A stretch of 43,632 nucleotides of DNA from a virus. Lineage: Duplodnaviria; Caudoviricetes. Below the pieces are notes generated by a model, which was not told the DNA's origin, made no database searches, and was given only the letters and a program-made list of their open reading frames with translations. Below are positions 17,594 through 27,485 of this stretch, one piece after another. Location: positions 1-43,632 of the IMG/VR virus record IMGVR_UViG_3300029822_001168. The stretch is one strand, 5' to 3'. The position numbers were made by a program, and so were the translations under genes. The first letter of the stretch is position 1. Each line of letters starts with the position of its first letter.

Positions 17594-18391
17594 CTATTCA
17601 ACTTTATATATTAAACCCCATCCTGAAACCTTAACATACCCAGCATTAGGAGTTAACTTTCGTGTCTGCCAACCACCTCCAGCATTTAACTGCAAATTGT
17701 GGACATCAACAACACCTTTCACCCCCTGAATAACATCTACCATTTTGCTTACATATATATCACCGCCAAAAACAATAGAAGCCAAATATTCATCAATTAC
17801 CCTTTTTACTTCAACATCAACACCAGCAACACTAACCTCTCCATCATAATAGATATCAGCAACTATAGTAACATTATCAGCATTATAAGAATAAGCAATA
17901 ACTCTTACGCCTAAAGGCTTAACATCATTCAGATATGACTGGAATCTTGCCAATTCCTCAGCGGTCAAAGAGAATAAATTACCTGCACTACCACAAGCAA
18001 CCCTTAGGTACAATGTTCTTCCTTCCTCTCTAACAGCACAGTAAGTAATCTTTCTTTTAGTTTCATCAATAGTAGCATAACTAACACCACCATCAATTAC
18101 CGAAGTCATATCACCATCCTGCCATGCAAGTGCAATTTTATGCCACCATTCCTTAGTGCCATATCTTGTAGCCAATGCAGTAGCGTCAACGTCTTCTCTC
18201 CAGCTATCAAGAGCAGTTTCTCGCAACCAAACAACATAAGCCACAACATAAAATATAATATTAACAACACTCACAGGTGCAAACACACTATCAAAGGACA
18301 TTCCCGCAACAAACCCAAATTTAGCCTGCACCTCAGGATTGCTCATCCACTCGTCAGTCATCTGTTTCTTTATTTCAGCTAAACTACTCAT
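17594..18391 (-). CDS. Baseplate J-like protein
   Basis: YLNDVKPLGV, IDEYLASIVFGG, IQGVKGVVDV motifs. Confidence 0.8.
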   Translation of the reverse strand: MSSLAEIKKQMTDEWMSNPEVQAKFGFVAGMSFDSVFAPVSVVNIIFYVVAYVVWLRETALDSWREDVDATALATRYGTKEWWHKIALAWQDGDMTSVIDGGVSYATIDETKRKITYCAVREEGRTLYLRVACGSAGNLFSLTAEELARFQSYLNDVKPLGVRVIAYSYNADNVTIVADIYYDGEVSVAGVDVEVKRVIDEYLASIVFGGDIYVSKMVDVIQGVKGVVDVHNLQLNAGGGWQTRKLTPNAGYVKVSGWGLIYKVE

Positions 18392-18662
18392 TCAATGTAA
18401 TATTTATACCGTTACTATCAATTTCTATCTTCTTATAATCTACTCCATTTCTCTTTAAATCTTCCATAATAGGAACCATCAAAGAATCTGTACCACCAGG
18501 AGCATTAATCATATTAACCAAACCAAATCCACTCTGAGGACTCATCTTAAACTCTCCAACACTTGCATACGCCAATCTTTCTATTATATCTTCCGAAGCC
18601 TCACCAACCATAAAGTCTCCATTTTCAACAAGTAAATCATCAGTACATCTAATATCTTGCAT
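18384..18662 (-). CDS. Baseplate wedge initiator (gp25/Mu gp46-like)
   Basis: DLLVENGDF, GEFK.SP..G.G; position between spike and J. Confidence 0.65.
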   Translation of the reverse strand: MQDIRCTDDLLVENGDFMVGEASEDIIERLAYASVGEFKMSPQSGFGLVNMINAPGGTDSLMVPIMEDLKRNGVDYKKIEIDSNGINITLNE

Positions 18663-18667
18663 ATATC

Positions 18668-19159
18668 TTAATGTTTAATTGTTATATCTTCGTAATCATC
18701 TTTATTTAATTTATCAGGAACACTATCTGCTGCACCACTTACACCTGTAGTTCCAACAGCAGGTGCTCCAGAACCTCCACTGACAGCAGTTATAACACCT
18801 GTATGCTTGTGATTTTTACACCAATCTACCAACTCATTAACTTTGTCTGTTAATTCTCGTATCTTTACCAACCCTCCATTTTCTCCTCCATTAATCAAAA
18901 TCTCATCCACTTCATCCACCATAACCACAAAAGCAATAGTATGGGAGTAAAACATAACTACAACATTAGAACCAACCTTTGGCACCTGAACAATACCTTT
19001 TTTCTTATCCCCACAAACCAAAGAAGCAACAACACTATCCTCATCTCCAAAACTAACCTCACAAGTCATTTCTGTTTTATCAACACTTTTAACCTCTCCA
19101 TTCAAACAAGTAGTCTGACCTCCAGCCAATTTCTTTATTGCCTCACTCAACTTACTCAT
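18668..19159 (-). CDS. Baseplate spike (gpV-like)
   Basis: VPKVGS OB-fold motif and HxH metal-binding tip (HKH). Confidence 0.8.
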   Translation of the reverse strand: MSKLSEAIKKLAGGQTTCLNGEVKSVDKTEMTCEVSFGDEDSVVASLVCGDKKKGIVQVPKVGSNVVVMFYSHTIAFVVMVDEVDEILINGGENGGLVKIRELTDKVNELVDWCKNHKHTGVITAVSGGSGAPAVGTTGVSGAADSVPDKLNKDDYEDITIKH

Positions 19160-20144
19160 TATTTAACACCTTTCTTTGTAACTCAATTTTTTGCCTGTAA
19201 CCATTTTGTCCAAATTCAACATTAACCGCTTTCACCTGGTATCTTGCAGGAGTAACCCCCTCAATCTCCAAATCCAAAACATCCATCTTCCTAACAACAG
19301 GCTTACCGAATGTTTCAAATGTCCCATTCAAACCATCCCACTTTAATCTCTTTAATTCATTTTTTACAGCCACCTTCAATTGAGCCATATTCAAATTATA
19401 ATAATTAATGGTTCTCTCGTCACCATCACCCTCACTATACTCAATCTTTTTTCCATTTACAAAAGTACTAACACCCTTAACCCTTATTCTAACATCATCA
19501 GCTCTTTTGTACTCCAAATTATGACTAATAACATTCTTACTTGTCGCAAAAGTGCCACTGACATTTCTCTCCTTAGCAAAGATTGAATAAACATAAAGCA
19601 CAGGAGCACCTTTCTCGTTCAACTCAAAGAAACTTTTAATGTGGCAGTTGTCATATAGCAAAGCCAGTTCTCCAGCCACAGTAGTAGCAGTTGTCCTGTA
19701 ATCTCCAATTTCAATCTTACCACTTGTTTCATATTTTATTCCTGCAGGCAAAATATCTTTCAATAAAGCCCCAACCTCACACTTTCTGTATAATTTCTTT
19801 TTAATTGACTTTTGCCTCAAAACAAACATCATGTCTTCACAGGTTATAACAGTAGGAGTACCAGCCGAAACCTCTTTAACCTTCCCAACAAACCTTTTAT
19901 CCAACTTTTCATTATACCCAAGCCACACAACAACATCATCACCCCTTCTAATAGGAACATTGCCACTGCCAACCCACTTAGCATTTCTTGGCAATTCAAT
20001 TCTGCAAGTATCAGCCAAAGTATCACTATCTCCAGTAATGCTAACATTTGCCACCCTGTCAATATTCCATACAGTCAAAGCATCAGCTCCACTCTCCTGT
20101 ATCCAACTTCTGGTAATTTCAATTTTGCAGCAAACCCTTAGCAT
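19152..20144 (-). CDS. Baseplate hub (gpD/Mu gp44-like)
   Basis: DTCRIELP, GDDVVVWLGY, ITCED, V.FGQNGYRQ.I motifs. Confidence 0.8.
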   Translation of the reverse strand: MLRVCCKIEITRSWIQESGADALTVWNIDRVANVSITGDSDTLADTCRIELPRNAKWVGSGNVPIRRGDDVVVWLGYNEKLDKRFVGKVKEVSAGTPTVITCEDMMFVLRQKSIKKKLYRKCEVGALLKDILPAGIKYETSGKIEIGDYRTTATTVAGELALLYDNCHIKSFFELNEKGAPVLYVYSIFAKERNVSGTFATSKNVISHNLEYKRADDVRIRVKGVSTFVNGKKIEYSEGDGDERTINYYNLNMAQLKVAVKNELKRLKWDGLNGTFETFGKPVVRKMDVLDLEIEGVTPARYQVKAVNVEFGQNGYRQKIELQRKVLNNE

Positions 20145-20146
20145 AA

Positions 20147-20731
20147 CTAATTAATTATATTTTCCTCAATTTCATAAGTATTATCTGAAATTAAATCAAT
20201 CATAATACTTTGATAATTACTCCAAGTCTTAGGAACATGCCTCCAGCTTGTCACCACAACTCTTGAAACATCTAATATTTTATTAATATGTGTCTCATTA
20301 ATACTTAATTCTCTATTAAGCTTTAAGAAATTCATTATTTCAATCAACTCATCAACAGGATAATTCCTTTCTTTGTTAAGAATATTCACCTGTACATTAA
20401 TAATGATATCTCCATTACTAATCCATTCCTTAACAGTTCCATCCTTACCATTAATTGCCGTTTGCACAATTCTCTTAGTGTTTGAAGTGTCAAACAAACA
20501 ATTTTCTAATACCAGTTCTTTACCATTAGCCTTTAAGGTAATTACTCCAGATAACTTTTTACCAATCCCACTCTTAATATTATAAATATTGTCGTACGAC
20601 TCCTTAGCCTCTTCACGAGCAAAAGCCATATCGCTCACGCCAACAACAATTGCTTTTTTAGCTCTGTCAATTATCTCTTCAAAACCAATACGTACAACAC
20701 TATTATCGTTAAAGTTATAATCTCCAGCCAT
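20147..20731 (-). CDS. Tail tube-initiator-like protein (DUF6046-like)
   Basis: KRIVQTAINGKDGTVKEWIS motif; after tape measure. Confidence 0.65.
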   Translation of the reverse strand: MAGDYNFNDNSVVRIGFEEIIDRAKKAIVVGVSDMAFAREEAKESYDNIYNIKSGIGKKLSGVITLKANGKELVLENCLFDTSNTKRIVQTAINGKDGTVKEWISNGDIIINVQVNILNKERNYPVDELIEIMNFLKLNRELSINETHINKILDVSRVVVTSWRHVPKTWSNYQSIMIDLISDNTYEIEENIIN

Positions 20732-20732
20732 C

Positions 20733-22481
20733 TTAGTTTATTTCATTAGTTGCGTCCAATAATGTTTGAACAACAATTCTTTTTATTTCTGCTGCACCTT
20801 CCGTTAATGTAGTGGTTTGAATCACGATATCTCCATTAATCAAATTCTGAATATGAGTAGTAACATTCTTTGCATCACCGCCTCCTCTTCCACTTCCTAC
20901 TGAACTTGTCGCCGCTCCAGAACCACCAGAACTTGAATCGCCAAAAACAGTAGCAGCAGGACTTTTTACCTTTCCTTTTTCTTCAGAATCATTTTCGGAA
21001 GTATCTTTTCCCTCTATTCCTGACAATTTTATTAAAGCATTTAATCGGTTTTTATATTCGTTTGCTTTTTTTGTCTTTTCACTTATAACATAAGAGTCCA
21101 TATTCCACCACCCTCCAGCAGTATTCATAAAGCTCTCATTAGCTTTCATGTCTTCTCTAATTACAAGGACTCTGTCACTATCTTTTTTAGGGAGGTATTT
21201 CTTTTTTCTCCCTACATTGATATATACCCCTTTCTCATCAGTTCCAGATTGTTGCCAATTTGCTCCATATTTTGCAAATATTGCTTTCTGTTCTTTTGAT
21301 AGTTTATCTACTTCTTTTTTTGCTTGTACACTCGTTTCAGCATCATATATATCTTCAGAAACATCTTTATATTTCTCTTGCAGCTTTTCAATTTTTGCAG
21401 AATAAATTGCTAATCTTATTTTTTTCTCATACTCACCATTAGCACCAGCCAAAGCTTCTGTTAATTCATTTACAGTGGCTTTCTCTATGTTGATATTCTT
21501 AAGAAACTCAGGGTATTTTCTCTGTATCTCATCAATTATTCCCTTCTTTCTTTCTTGGTTCTTATTGTTATCAATAAGAGAATTCACCAACAAATTAAGC
21601 CCTGCTTTTTCCTCTGCAATTTTTTCAGCAGTTGGGATTTTCACCCAATCTTCTGTAATTCCTACCCATTTTGTAAAAGCACTAACTCCTGCATCAACGC
21701 TTGGCTTAAGTCTCTCTCCAATTGCTGCACTTAAAGTAAAAATAGCATCTTTGGCATTCGATAGTTTCCCTTCTGTTGTTTCAGCCTGAGAAGCCATCAT
21801 GCCAAAGAAACCTTTTTCTTTCATAATCTTAGGGAGTGCCTTTATCATCTGTTCGGTTGATGCCAACAATTCACCATTCTTAGCCTTTGCTCTTCCTGTT
21901 GCCTTAGTCCAGTCGTCTGTTGAAATCAACAAATCTCTGAACATATTAACAGCTTCACCTTTCTGACCTGTAGCCAATTTTGCATAGGCATTCATCACCT
22001 GTTCCATTGGCTTACCACTTGCAGCAGCTAAGTCTCCAAGCATTTCCAAATTTTCTCTTGAATACCTGCCAATAGCCTGCAACTGGTTTCCAGCTTCCGC
22101 AACCTGGCTCAATTCAAATGGAGTTTTCTTTGCAACATCCAAATACTCCTCCATCCTGTCTCTTGCAGCAGAAGTAGAGCCCAACATTGTCTTTAAAGTA
22201 ACATTATATTTCTCCAATTGAGCAGCAGCCATAACAGCATCTTTACTTAAGTTATAGCCCATTCTAACCGCCACAACTCCTGCAGCAATTAAAGCTGTAC
22301 CCCTTAGAACACTATTAGTCTTACTCCAAGCACTCCCAGCATCATCAGCTCCATTTTTAGAGCCCTTATTAAGATTATCAACACTCCTTTTTGTCTTGTC
22401 CGATTGAACCTCGACTTTTTTAAATGTTCCAGAAGCCTTATCATAAGCTCTAATCTCGTATGTTACATTTTGTTTTGCCAT
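20733..22481 (-). CDS. Tape measure protein
   Basis: 582 aa, helical; AKKTPFEL..V motif; follows chaperone. Confidence 0.88.
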   Translation of the reverse strand: MAKQNVTYEIRAYDKASGTFKKVEVQSDKTKRSVDNLNKGSKNGADDAGSAWSKTNSVLRGTALIAAGVVAVRMGYNLSKDAVMAAAQLEKYNVTLKTMLGSTSAARDRMEEYLDVAKKTPFELSQVAEAGNQLQAIGRYSRENLEMLGDLAAASGKPMEQVMNAYAKLATGQKGEAVNMFRDLLISTDDWTKATGRAKAKNGELLASTEQMIKALPKIMKEKGFFGMMASQAETTEGKLSNAKDAIFTLSAAIGERLKPSVDAGVSAFTKWVGITEDWVKIPTAEKIAEEKAGLNLLVNSLIDNNKNQERKKGIIDEIQRKYPEFLKNINIEKATVNELTEALAGANGEYEKKIRLAIYSAKIEKLQEKYKDVSEDIYDAETSVQAKKEVDKLSKEQKAIFAKYGANWQQSGTDEKGVYINVGRKKKYLPKKDSDRVLVIREDMKANESFMNTAGGWWNMDSYVISEKTKKANEYKNRLNALIKLSGIEGKDTSENDSEEKGKVKSPAATVFGDSSSGGSGAATSSVGSGRGGGDAKNVTTHIQNLINGDIVIQTTTLTEGAAEIKRIVVQTLLDATNEIN

Positions 22482-22493
22482 TGTTTTTTCAAC

Positions 22494-22703
22494 CTACTTC
22501 TTTTTCTTAATGCTCTCACAGAACAGCACATCGTTGTACGCCTCACATAATTGTCTAATACTCATTTTATCAAGTATTTCAGGAGAATAATTAAGCTCAC
22601 ATCTCACTATAGCCCTCATAACCCTATAATCTTGAACAACCTTACGAGCTATATCGTTATATTCTGATGTACTAAGCTTTTTTATCTCTGTGAGAGCTAA
22701 ACT
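22494..22703 (-). CDS. -1 frameshift extension of tail assembly chaperone (gpGT-like)
   Basis: A AAA AAA slippery site at 22703-22709; -1 frame open 69 codons to TAG at 22494-22496. Confidence 0.7.
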   Translation of the reverse strand, partial: SLALTEIKKLSTSEYNDIARKVVQDYRVMRAIVRCELNYSPEILDKMSIRQLCEAYNDVLFCESIKKKK

Positions 22704-22999
22704 TTTTTTAGCTCTCCATCAACAATCTTAATAAGCATTCCGAGCCATTTATACAAGCCAGCCCTATACTCATCCTTTTCAACTAACTCTTTATCTCCAC
22801 CCAGCCAACAATTACTAACCAAAGCCTCCTGAAATTTCAAGTCGCTCTTGCCACTTGCCATTTTGCATGCATCCAAAACTAAAAGAGAAGGAGTATGCAA
22901 ATAGCCTTTCAATTCCTTGCCTTCATCTTTAACAACATATTCATAAATGTCCCCATATTGTTGTTTCCAAAGATCTATTTGTCCAGTATTAATTCCCAT
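22697..22999 (-). CDS. Tail assembly chaperone
   Basis: 100 aa between tube and tape measure; ends ELKKV. Confidence 0.8.
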   Translation of the reverse strand: MGINTGQIDLWKQQYGDIYEYVVKDEGKELKGYLHTPSLLVLDACKMASGKSDLKFQEALVSNCWLGGDKELVEKDEYRAGLYKWLGMLIKIVDGELKKV

Positions 23000-23037
23000 T
23001 TATTTGCTTTTTAAAACACAATTAAACACTCTATCAA

Positions 23038-23472
23038 CTATGCTGTTTTGCCCCATTTAATATATGGAGTAAGCAATGTTAGTTCAACTTCCTCAAAAGT
23101 ATCACCATTTTGCCAATCTCTATCGTTCTTAACAAATTGACAATCTGTAATAACATCAGTAACAACTTTCGAGCTCACTGGATGCATATAACATACCGTG
23201 ATGTCAAAAGGAGCTAAGTCTTGCAATCTACCTGTTGGACTTGCATTTTGTAGTGGAACTATCTCATCCATCAACAAAGTAATAGCAGCTTCACAAGTTA
23301 TCTGACCATCACCATAACCAACCGCATACCTACCACCACCATAAATATTCTCTTTGTTTTCAATGTCAGAATACTTAATAGCTCTTATCCCATTAACAGG
23401 TACTCCGTCAATTCCCAAGCTAATTTGTGCCCAAGAATATAGTCTTCCATTTATATAAGGAATTTCATCCAT
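23038..23472 (-). CDS. Tail tube protein
   Basis: INGRLYSW, YGGG..AVGYG.G, PFDITV motifs; follows sheath. Confidence 0.8.
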   Translation of the reverse strand: MDEIPYINGRLYSWAQISLGIDGVPVNGIRAIKYSDIENKENIYGGGRYAVGYGDGQITCEAAITLLMDEIVPLQNASPTGRLQDLAPFDITVCYMHPVSSKVVTDVITDCQFVKNDRDWQNGDTFEEVELTLLTPYIKWGKTA

Positions 23473-23484
23473 CTTTTTATCCTC

Positions 23485-24678
23485 CTAAATTTGTGTTGTG
23501 TTTCCAATATTAATTTTAATCCTTCTCATCACCCCAACATCAACTTTTCTAACTACGAACTCTACAGTTTGAGTAGTCAAAACAACCTGTTCGGGATCAA
23601 TATCTACAACATAGCCACTTATTTCTCCAGCCTTTTCCATTTGCCTCAAAGCTTGGTTAGCTACATTCTTAAGATTAGCTACAGTATTTGCTCTCATTTT
23701 CCCACTTTTTGCATCCACATAAATAGGAGAAGATAAATAAGGTAAAAGATATGATCTTATACCTCTTACTGCTTTATCCATTGTCCTTTCGTTCTCAATA
23801 AAAGCATAATCAGAAGTAGCCACATCTAATGTATGTGAATCATTCATATAAGAATCACCAAAACCACCATAAGTTACTAAGAATAAAAACCTCTTAGTAT
23901 CCAAACTTTCAACAGTTGCTTTATCTAAATTCTTCAAAAGAGTTCCATCAACAAAAGCAGGAGTAGTAATTCCAGCAGGGAATTTCTGAACCCAACCAAT
24001 AGACTCATGAACCGAAGCCTTTGAAACCATACCTAAAACAATTCCCATAATCCCAACAGCACTTTTAGCAACAGTATTGGAAGCATCAGTATATAACGTA
24101 GCACCTAAACCATCTCCATCTTGACCTATAATCACAGAAACATTTCTTCTGCCAGTTGCTGATACATCAACAGCAGAACTAACATCTGCCACTTTAGGAG
24201 AATAAATAATAGATAAAGGCATATCTTGGCTTTCTAAGGTAGTAGCCACACCCTGCAAAGCAATAATCTCAGCAGCAGCCAAAGCCTTGTCTCCACAGTA
24301 CACCCCAATTTGGCGAAGTCTACCTGAAGCAAAGTTTTGCATTGCTTTTATCTCCACGAAATCATAAGCTGCGGCTGGAGTTTTAAACAACCCAACATAT
24401 AAGCTAATTCCAGGATTAACTCTAAAAGCTTCACTTAAATGATAATGCAACACTTTATGAATCCACTTTGCACTATTTGCTTTTATCCCAAGTTTTTCAG
24501 CCGTTTCTATTGTTGAAACAGCAATAATTCTGTTGCTGACAGAAAAGCCAGTTACTCCAGCATCTGCCGTTGGCAAATCAGCATCTGCCAAATACACCAT
24601 CAATCCAGAAATATGATCTTCACCTGGCAAGGACTTAGGAACACCTCCTTGCCCTCTTATAACTTCAAATCTATTCAT
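23485..24678 (-). CDS. Tail sheath protein (DUF2586-like)
   Basis: DYAFIENERTMDKAVR, GEISGY.V.IDPEQ motifs. Confidence 0.82.
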   Translation of the reverse strand: MNRFEVIRGQGGVPKSLPGEDHISGLMVYLADADLPTADAGVTGFSVSNRIIAVSTIETAEKLGIKANSAKWIHKVLHYHLSEAFRVNPGISLYVGLFKTPAAAYDFVEIKAMQNFASGRLRQIGVYCGDKALAAAEIIALQGVATTLESQDMPLSIIYSPKVADVSSAVDVSATGRRNVSVIIGQDGDGLGATLYTDASNTVAKSAVGIMGIVLGMVSKASVHESIGWVQKFPAGITTPAFVDGTLLKNLDKATVESLDTKRFLFLVTYGGFGDSYMNDSHTLDVATSDYAFIENERTMDKAVRGIRSYLLPYLSSPIYVDAKSGKMRANTVANLKNVANQALRQMEKAGEISGYVVDIDPEQVVLTTQTVEFVVRKVDVGVMRRIKINIGNTTQI

Positions 24679-24691
24679 CTTTTTTATTTAT

Positions 24692-24764
24692 TAAAAAATG
24701 GAGTGCCAAAGGCTGAGTTGCCACTTATCTTCTGCTCACTCGTTCTTGCCTCGGCTACTCCATT
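24692..24764 (-). terminator. Terminator-like stem after capsid gene
   Basis: AATGGAGT/ACTCCATT stem extended by GCC..AGGC pairing, followed by T-run on the minus strand. Confidence 0.5.
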
Positions 24765-24786
24765 ACAAATTATTTATTTATTAATC

Positions 24787-25905
24787 CTAACCGGCTACTC
24801 CAATTATACCAAGAACACCCTTACCATCTTCTCGTCTTGAACGTCCACCTACTCTAAGCAAGAATGAATATACATCACCGTATAATGTAGGATTACCCTT
24901 ATCTTCAAACATCTCCTTATTCCCTAAAGCACGGCTTACGCATGTGTCGCTCCAGAATAATCCAGCCACACAAGCAGTTGTTGCAGCACTTTTCTCTCCC
25001 AGCTCAATCGAAATATAATCCTCAGGTGTGTACAGCTTGTCTGTTCCTCCTGTCCACTGATAATAATTTGTACCAGTAACAGCACTTAAAGGCACGCCTG
25101 TTTCAGCTAAAAAGACAGAGTTTCTCTCAAATATTTCAAAACCCTCTAATTTTTGCAATTGACCTGTAGTTGGATTATAAACTATAGTCAAATTATCTGA
25201 AGAATGAGATTTAACATCATCACATAATTGCTTATACTGGTCACTATCTAACATTACATATCTGCCTGATTTTGCTATACCCCATTTATTGAATATTGTT
25301 TTAGCAGCAACAAAATCACTATAAGTTACACCTGTTCTTGTTCCTGTTCCCCACACCTTATTACCTGCAGCTGCAGTACCTGTTGCTTTGATGTAAAACT
25401 TAGGCTTCCAGTTATAAATCATTGCTTCAGCTGCTAACTGGTCAATGCTTCTTTGGTCCTCAAGCATGCAGGATTGTCTCTTATCGTAAGATAATTCTAC
25501 CTCGTCAATATTAGGAATAAACCTTGGATCAGTTGTTATTTCGTCCAATGCATAAGTTATATCTGTATCAGTTCTTCTTGTGATAGTAGCTGGCAACAGC
25601 TTTCTGTTCCTCTGTGCCTTGCTTGCGGCTCCTGCTTGTGGAATATGCACAACACTTCCTCCAACTACATACATTGACTCGTCTATAGACTTAAGCATAA
25701 ATTCGTTGTTCTTCCATAGGTTCTCAACGATTTCCTTTGTCCAGATTTCCGGCGTTATCGCCATTCTAAAACCTGATACACTTGGAGCACCTAAGGAACT
25801 CAATCCCATTGCCACTATGCCTGCACCTGCTCCAAATGCAGCACCAATTCCAGTTGCGAACAACACCGCAACCATTAAACTAAAAATCAAACTAATTTTC
25901 TTCAC
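24787..25905 (-). CDS. Major capsid protein
   Basis: EIWT..IVENL, VHIPQAG, ELSYDKR motifs; downstream of protease/scaffold. Confidence 0.8.
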   Translation of the reverse strand: MKKISLIFSLMVAVLFATGIGAAFGAGAGIVAMGLSSLGAPSVSGFRMAITPEIWTKEIVENLWKNNEFMLKSIDESMYVVGGSVVHIPQAGAASKAQRNRKLLPATITRRTDTDITYALDEITTDPRFIPNIDEVELSYDKRQSCMLEDQRSIDQLAAEAMIYNWKPKFYIKATGTAAAGNKVWGTGTRTGVTYSDFVAAKTIFNKWGIAKSGRYVMLDSDQYKQLCDDVKSHSSDNLTIVYNPTTGQLQKLEGFEIFERNSVFLAETGVPLSAVTGTNYYQWTGGTDKLYTPEDYISIELGEKSAATTACVAGLFWSDTCVSRALGNKEMFEDKGNPTLYGDVYSFLLRVGGRSRREDGKGVLGIIGVAG

Positions 25906-25934
25906 TTTTTCTATCTCCTATTTTAAATTAATAA

Positions 25935-26339
25935 CTAATCTAATTGAAGTGCTGCTGCAATCGCAACAAACTTGACTCCGTTGTACACAAAATGCTGTGC
26001 AAATGTTTTGCTAATTACCCCAGTAATTCCCCCGCCAAGAAAACCTGTGCCCATCGTCACATCTCTTGCTGTTGTATCGCTCTTTGCAACAACTGTAAGC
26101 TCAGCACCAAGCTCAACATCATCACCAATGGTTAGATTTACAGTAGACGCTCCAGTAAGCTTACCTAAATCTAAAATTGTTTTTTGCCTTTTGATTGTTA
26201 CCGCTTGAGTTGCTGAAAACGTTGGCTCTTGTTTTTCCACTGTAGGAAAAACCACTTCTACTTTCTTATCACTATCTTCCGTGATATTTGGAGCTTTAAA
26301 ATTATAGCTCGCATTATTGTTCATATTAATATGACTCAT
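25935..26339 (-). CDS. Putative head decoration protein
   Basis: 134 aa, beta-rich, between protease and capsid. Confidence 0.5.
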   Translation of the reverse strand: MSHINMNNNASYNFKAPNITEDSDKKVEVVFPTVEKQEPTFSATQAVTIKRQKTILDLGKLTGASTVNLTIGDDVELGAELTVVAKSDTTARDVTMGTGFLGGGITGVISKTFAQHFVYNGVKFVAIAAALQLD

Positions 26340-26352
26340 ATACTTTCCTCCT

Positions 26353-27318
26353 CTATTTTAATTCCTTACCAAATTTTGCTTGATACAATTTTTTGAATGT
26401 ATCAATATCTTCATTCTTTAGCCTAATAAGAGTTCCAGCCTTGTCCATCTTGTCCCACTGTTCTGCAGTAAGCTCAATTGACTGTTGCTTGCCCCCAATG
26501 TTAATAGCTCCTGCAACATCAGCCACAGGTTTAATGTCTGCCAAAACAGTCTCCAAAGCCTCAATGCCAGAATTTTTACCTAAGTTTAGATAGATTTCTC
26601 TTTTGTCTGCGGTAAATTTTTTGTCTGCTATTGCTTTGTCAACCAATTTAGCGATAGATTTTTCTTTGTCTTCCTCGAGTTTAGCCTCAAGCTCATCAGC
26701 CTTAGCAGCCTTAGCCTTCAACTCCTCAATGCTTGCCAATACAACGCTCTCCTCTGTATCATCCTTCAGGTTAAGAGCCTTAAATACATCTTTCATTTTC
26801 TTATCTTCTTTGTTTTCGTTTATACTTATAGCAGGGAAAAAATTACCAGCCCCACTTTTTAATTCAATAACCTTGTCGTTCTCATCGTATAATCTAAGAG
26901 CGTCATCGTTGCTTCCAAGGTCGCAACAACTAACCTCTCTTAGCTTGCTCTTAGTAAGAGTTGAGTTAGTTTGTCCTGGCAACAGAACAGTTCCATCGTC
27001 GCTCCACTCCACACATCTCAATCCTGGCGACACCATTCTCATTGTTCCTTCTTCGTATAGCTTTTCAATCTCCTTAGCAAATGGATTAGATTCCGAAAAC
27101 TTTAGTTCTCCTACTAAATTATCCCCCTCAAAAGCAATATTCTCAACAGTTCCAAGCACTGGATTCTTGCCGCCAAGATAATTAATCTCATCAGCTCTCA
27201 TATGCATATATAATAGTATAGGATTTCTCTTGTATTGAGTTATATCAATACCCGAGGTAAGAACTCTACCTCCGTATGAATTCAAATTGCTATTACTTAT
27301 AATTACTTTAATACCCAT
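26353..27318 (-). CDS. Prohead protease / scaffold
   Basis: NPILLYMH, LREVS..D.GSN..A protease motifs; helical C-terminal scaffold. Confidence 0.85.
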   Translation of the reverse strand: MGIKVIISNSNLNSYGGRVLTSGIDITQYKRNPILLYMHMRADEINYLGGKNPVLGTVENIAFEGDNLVGELKFSESNPFAKEIEKLYEEGTMRMVSPGLRCVEWSDDGTVLLPGQTNSTLTKSKLREVSCCDLGSNDDALRLYDENDKVIELKSGAGNFFPAISINENKEDKKMKDVFKALNLKDDTEESVVLASIEELKAKAAKADELEAKLEEDKEKSIAKLVDKAIADKKFTADKREIYLNLGKNSGIEALETVLADIKPVADVAGAINIGGKQQSIELTAEQWDKMDKAGTLIRLKNEDIDTFKKLYQAKFGKELK

Positions 27319-27353
27319 CTTTAATTAATAGTTTTTTATCTGCGAATCAGTTG

Positions 27354-27463
27354 CAATATTACAACAGTCTTGTTTTAAAATCCTGAAAAGTATGCATGGT
27401 GCGTACTTTTATATGCACCATGCATACTTTTCTCAAAAAAAAAGCCTCTCGAGACTACTTTTG
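27354..27463. promoter_or_regulatory. Divergent late promoters around an 18-bp perfect inverted repeat
   Basis: TAATATTG (minus, 27354-27361), TACTTTTG (plus, 27456-27463); IR 27385-27402/27415-27432. Confidence 0.65.
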
Positions 27464-27485
27464 CATAATTATATATTCAATCATT

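Noticed and set aside
26603-27181. 192-aa plus-strand ORF and similar short antisense or nested ORFs in the track
   Set aside because: Ser/Leu-rich mirror translations of well-supported genes.
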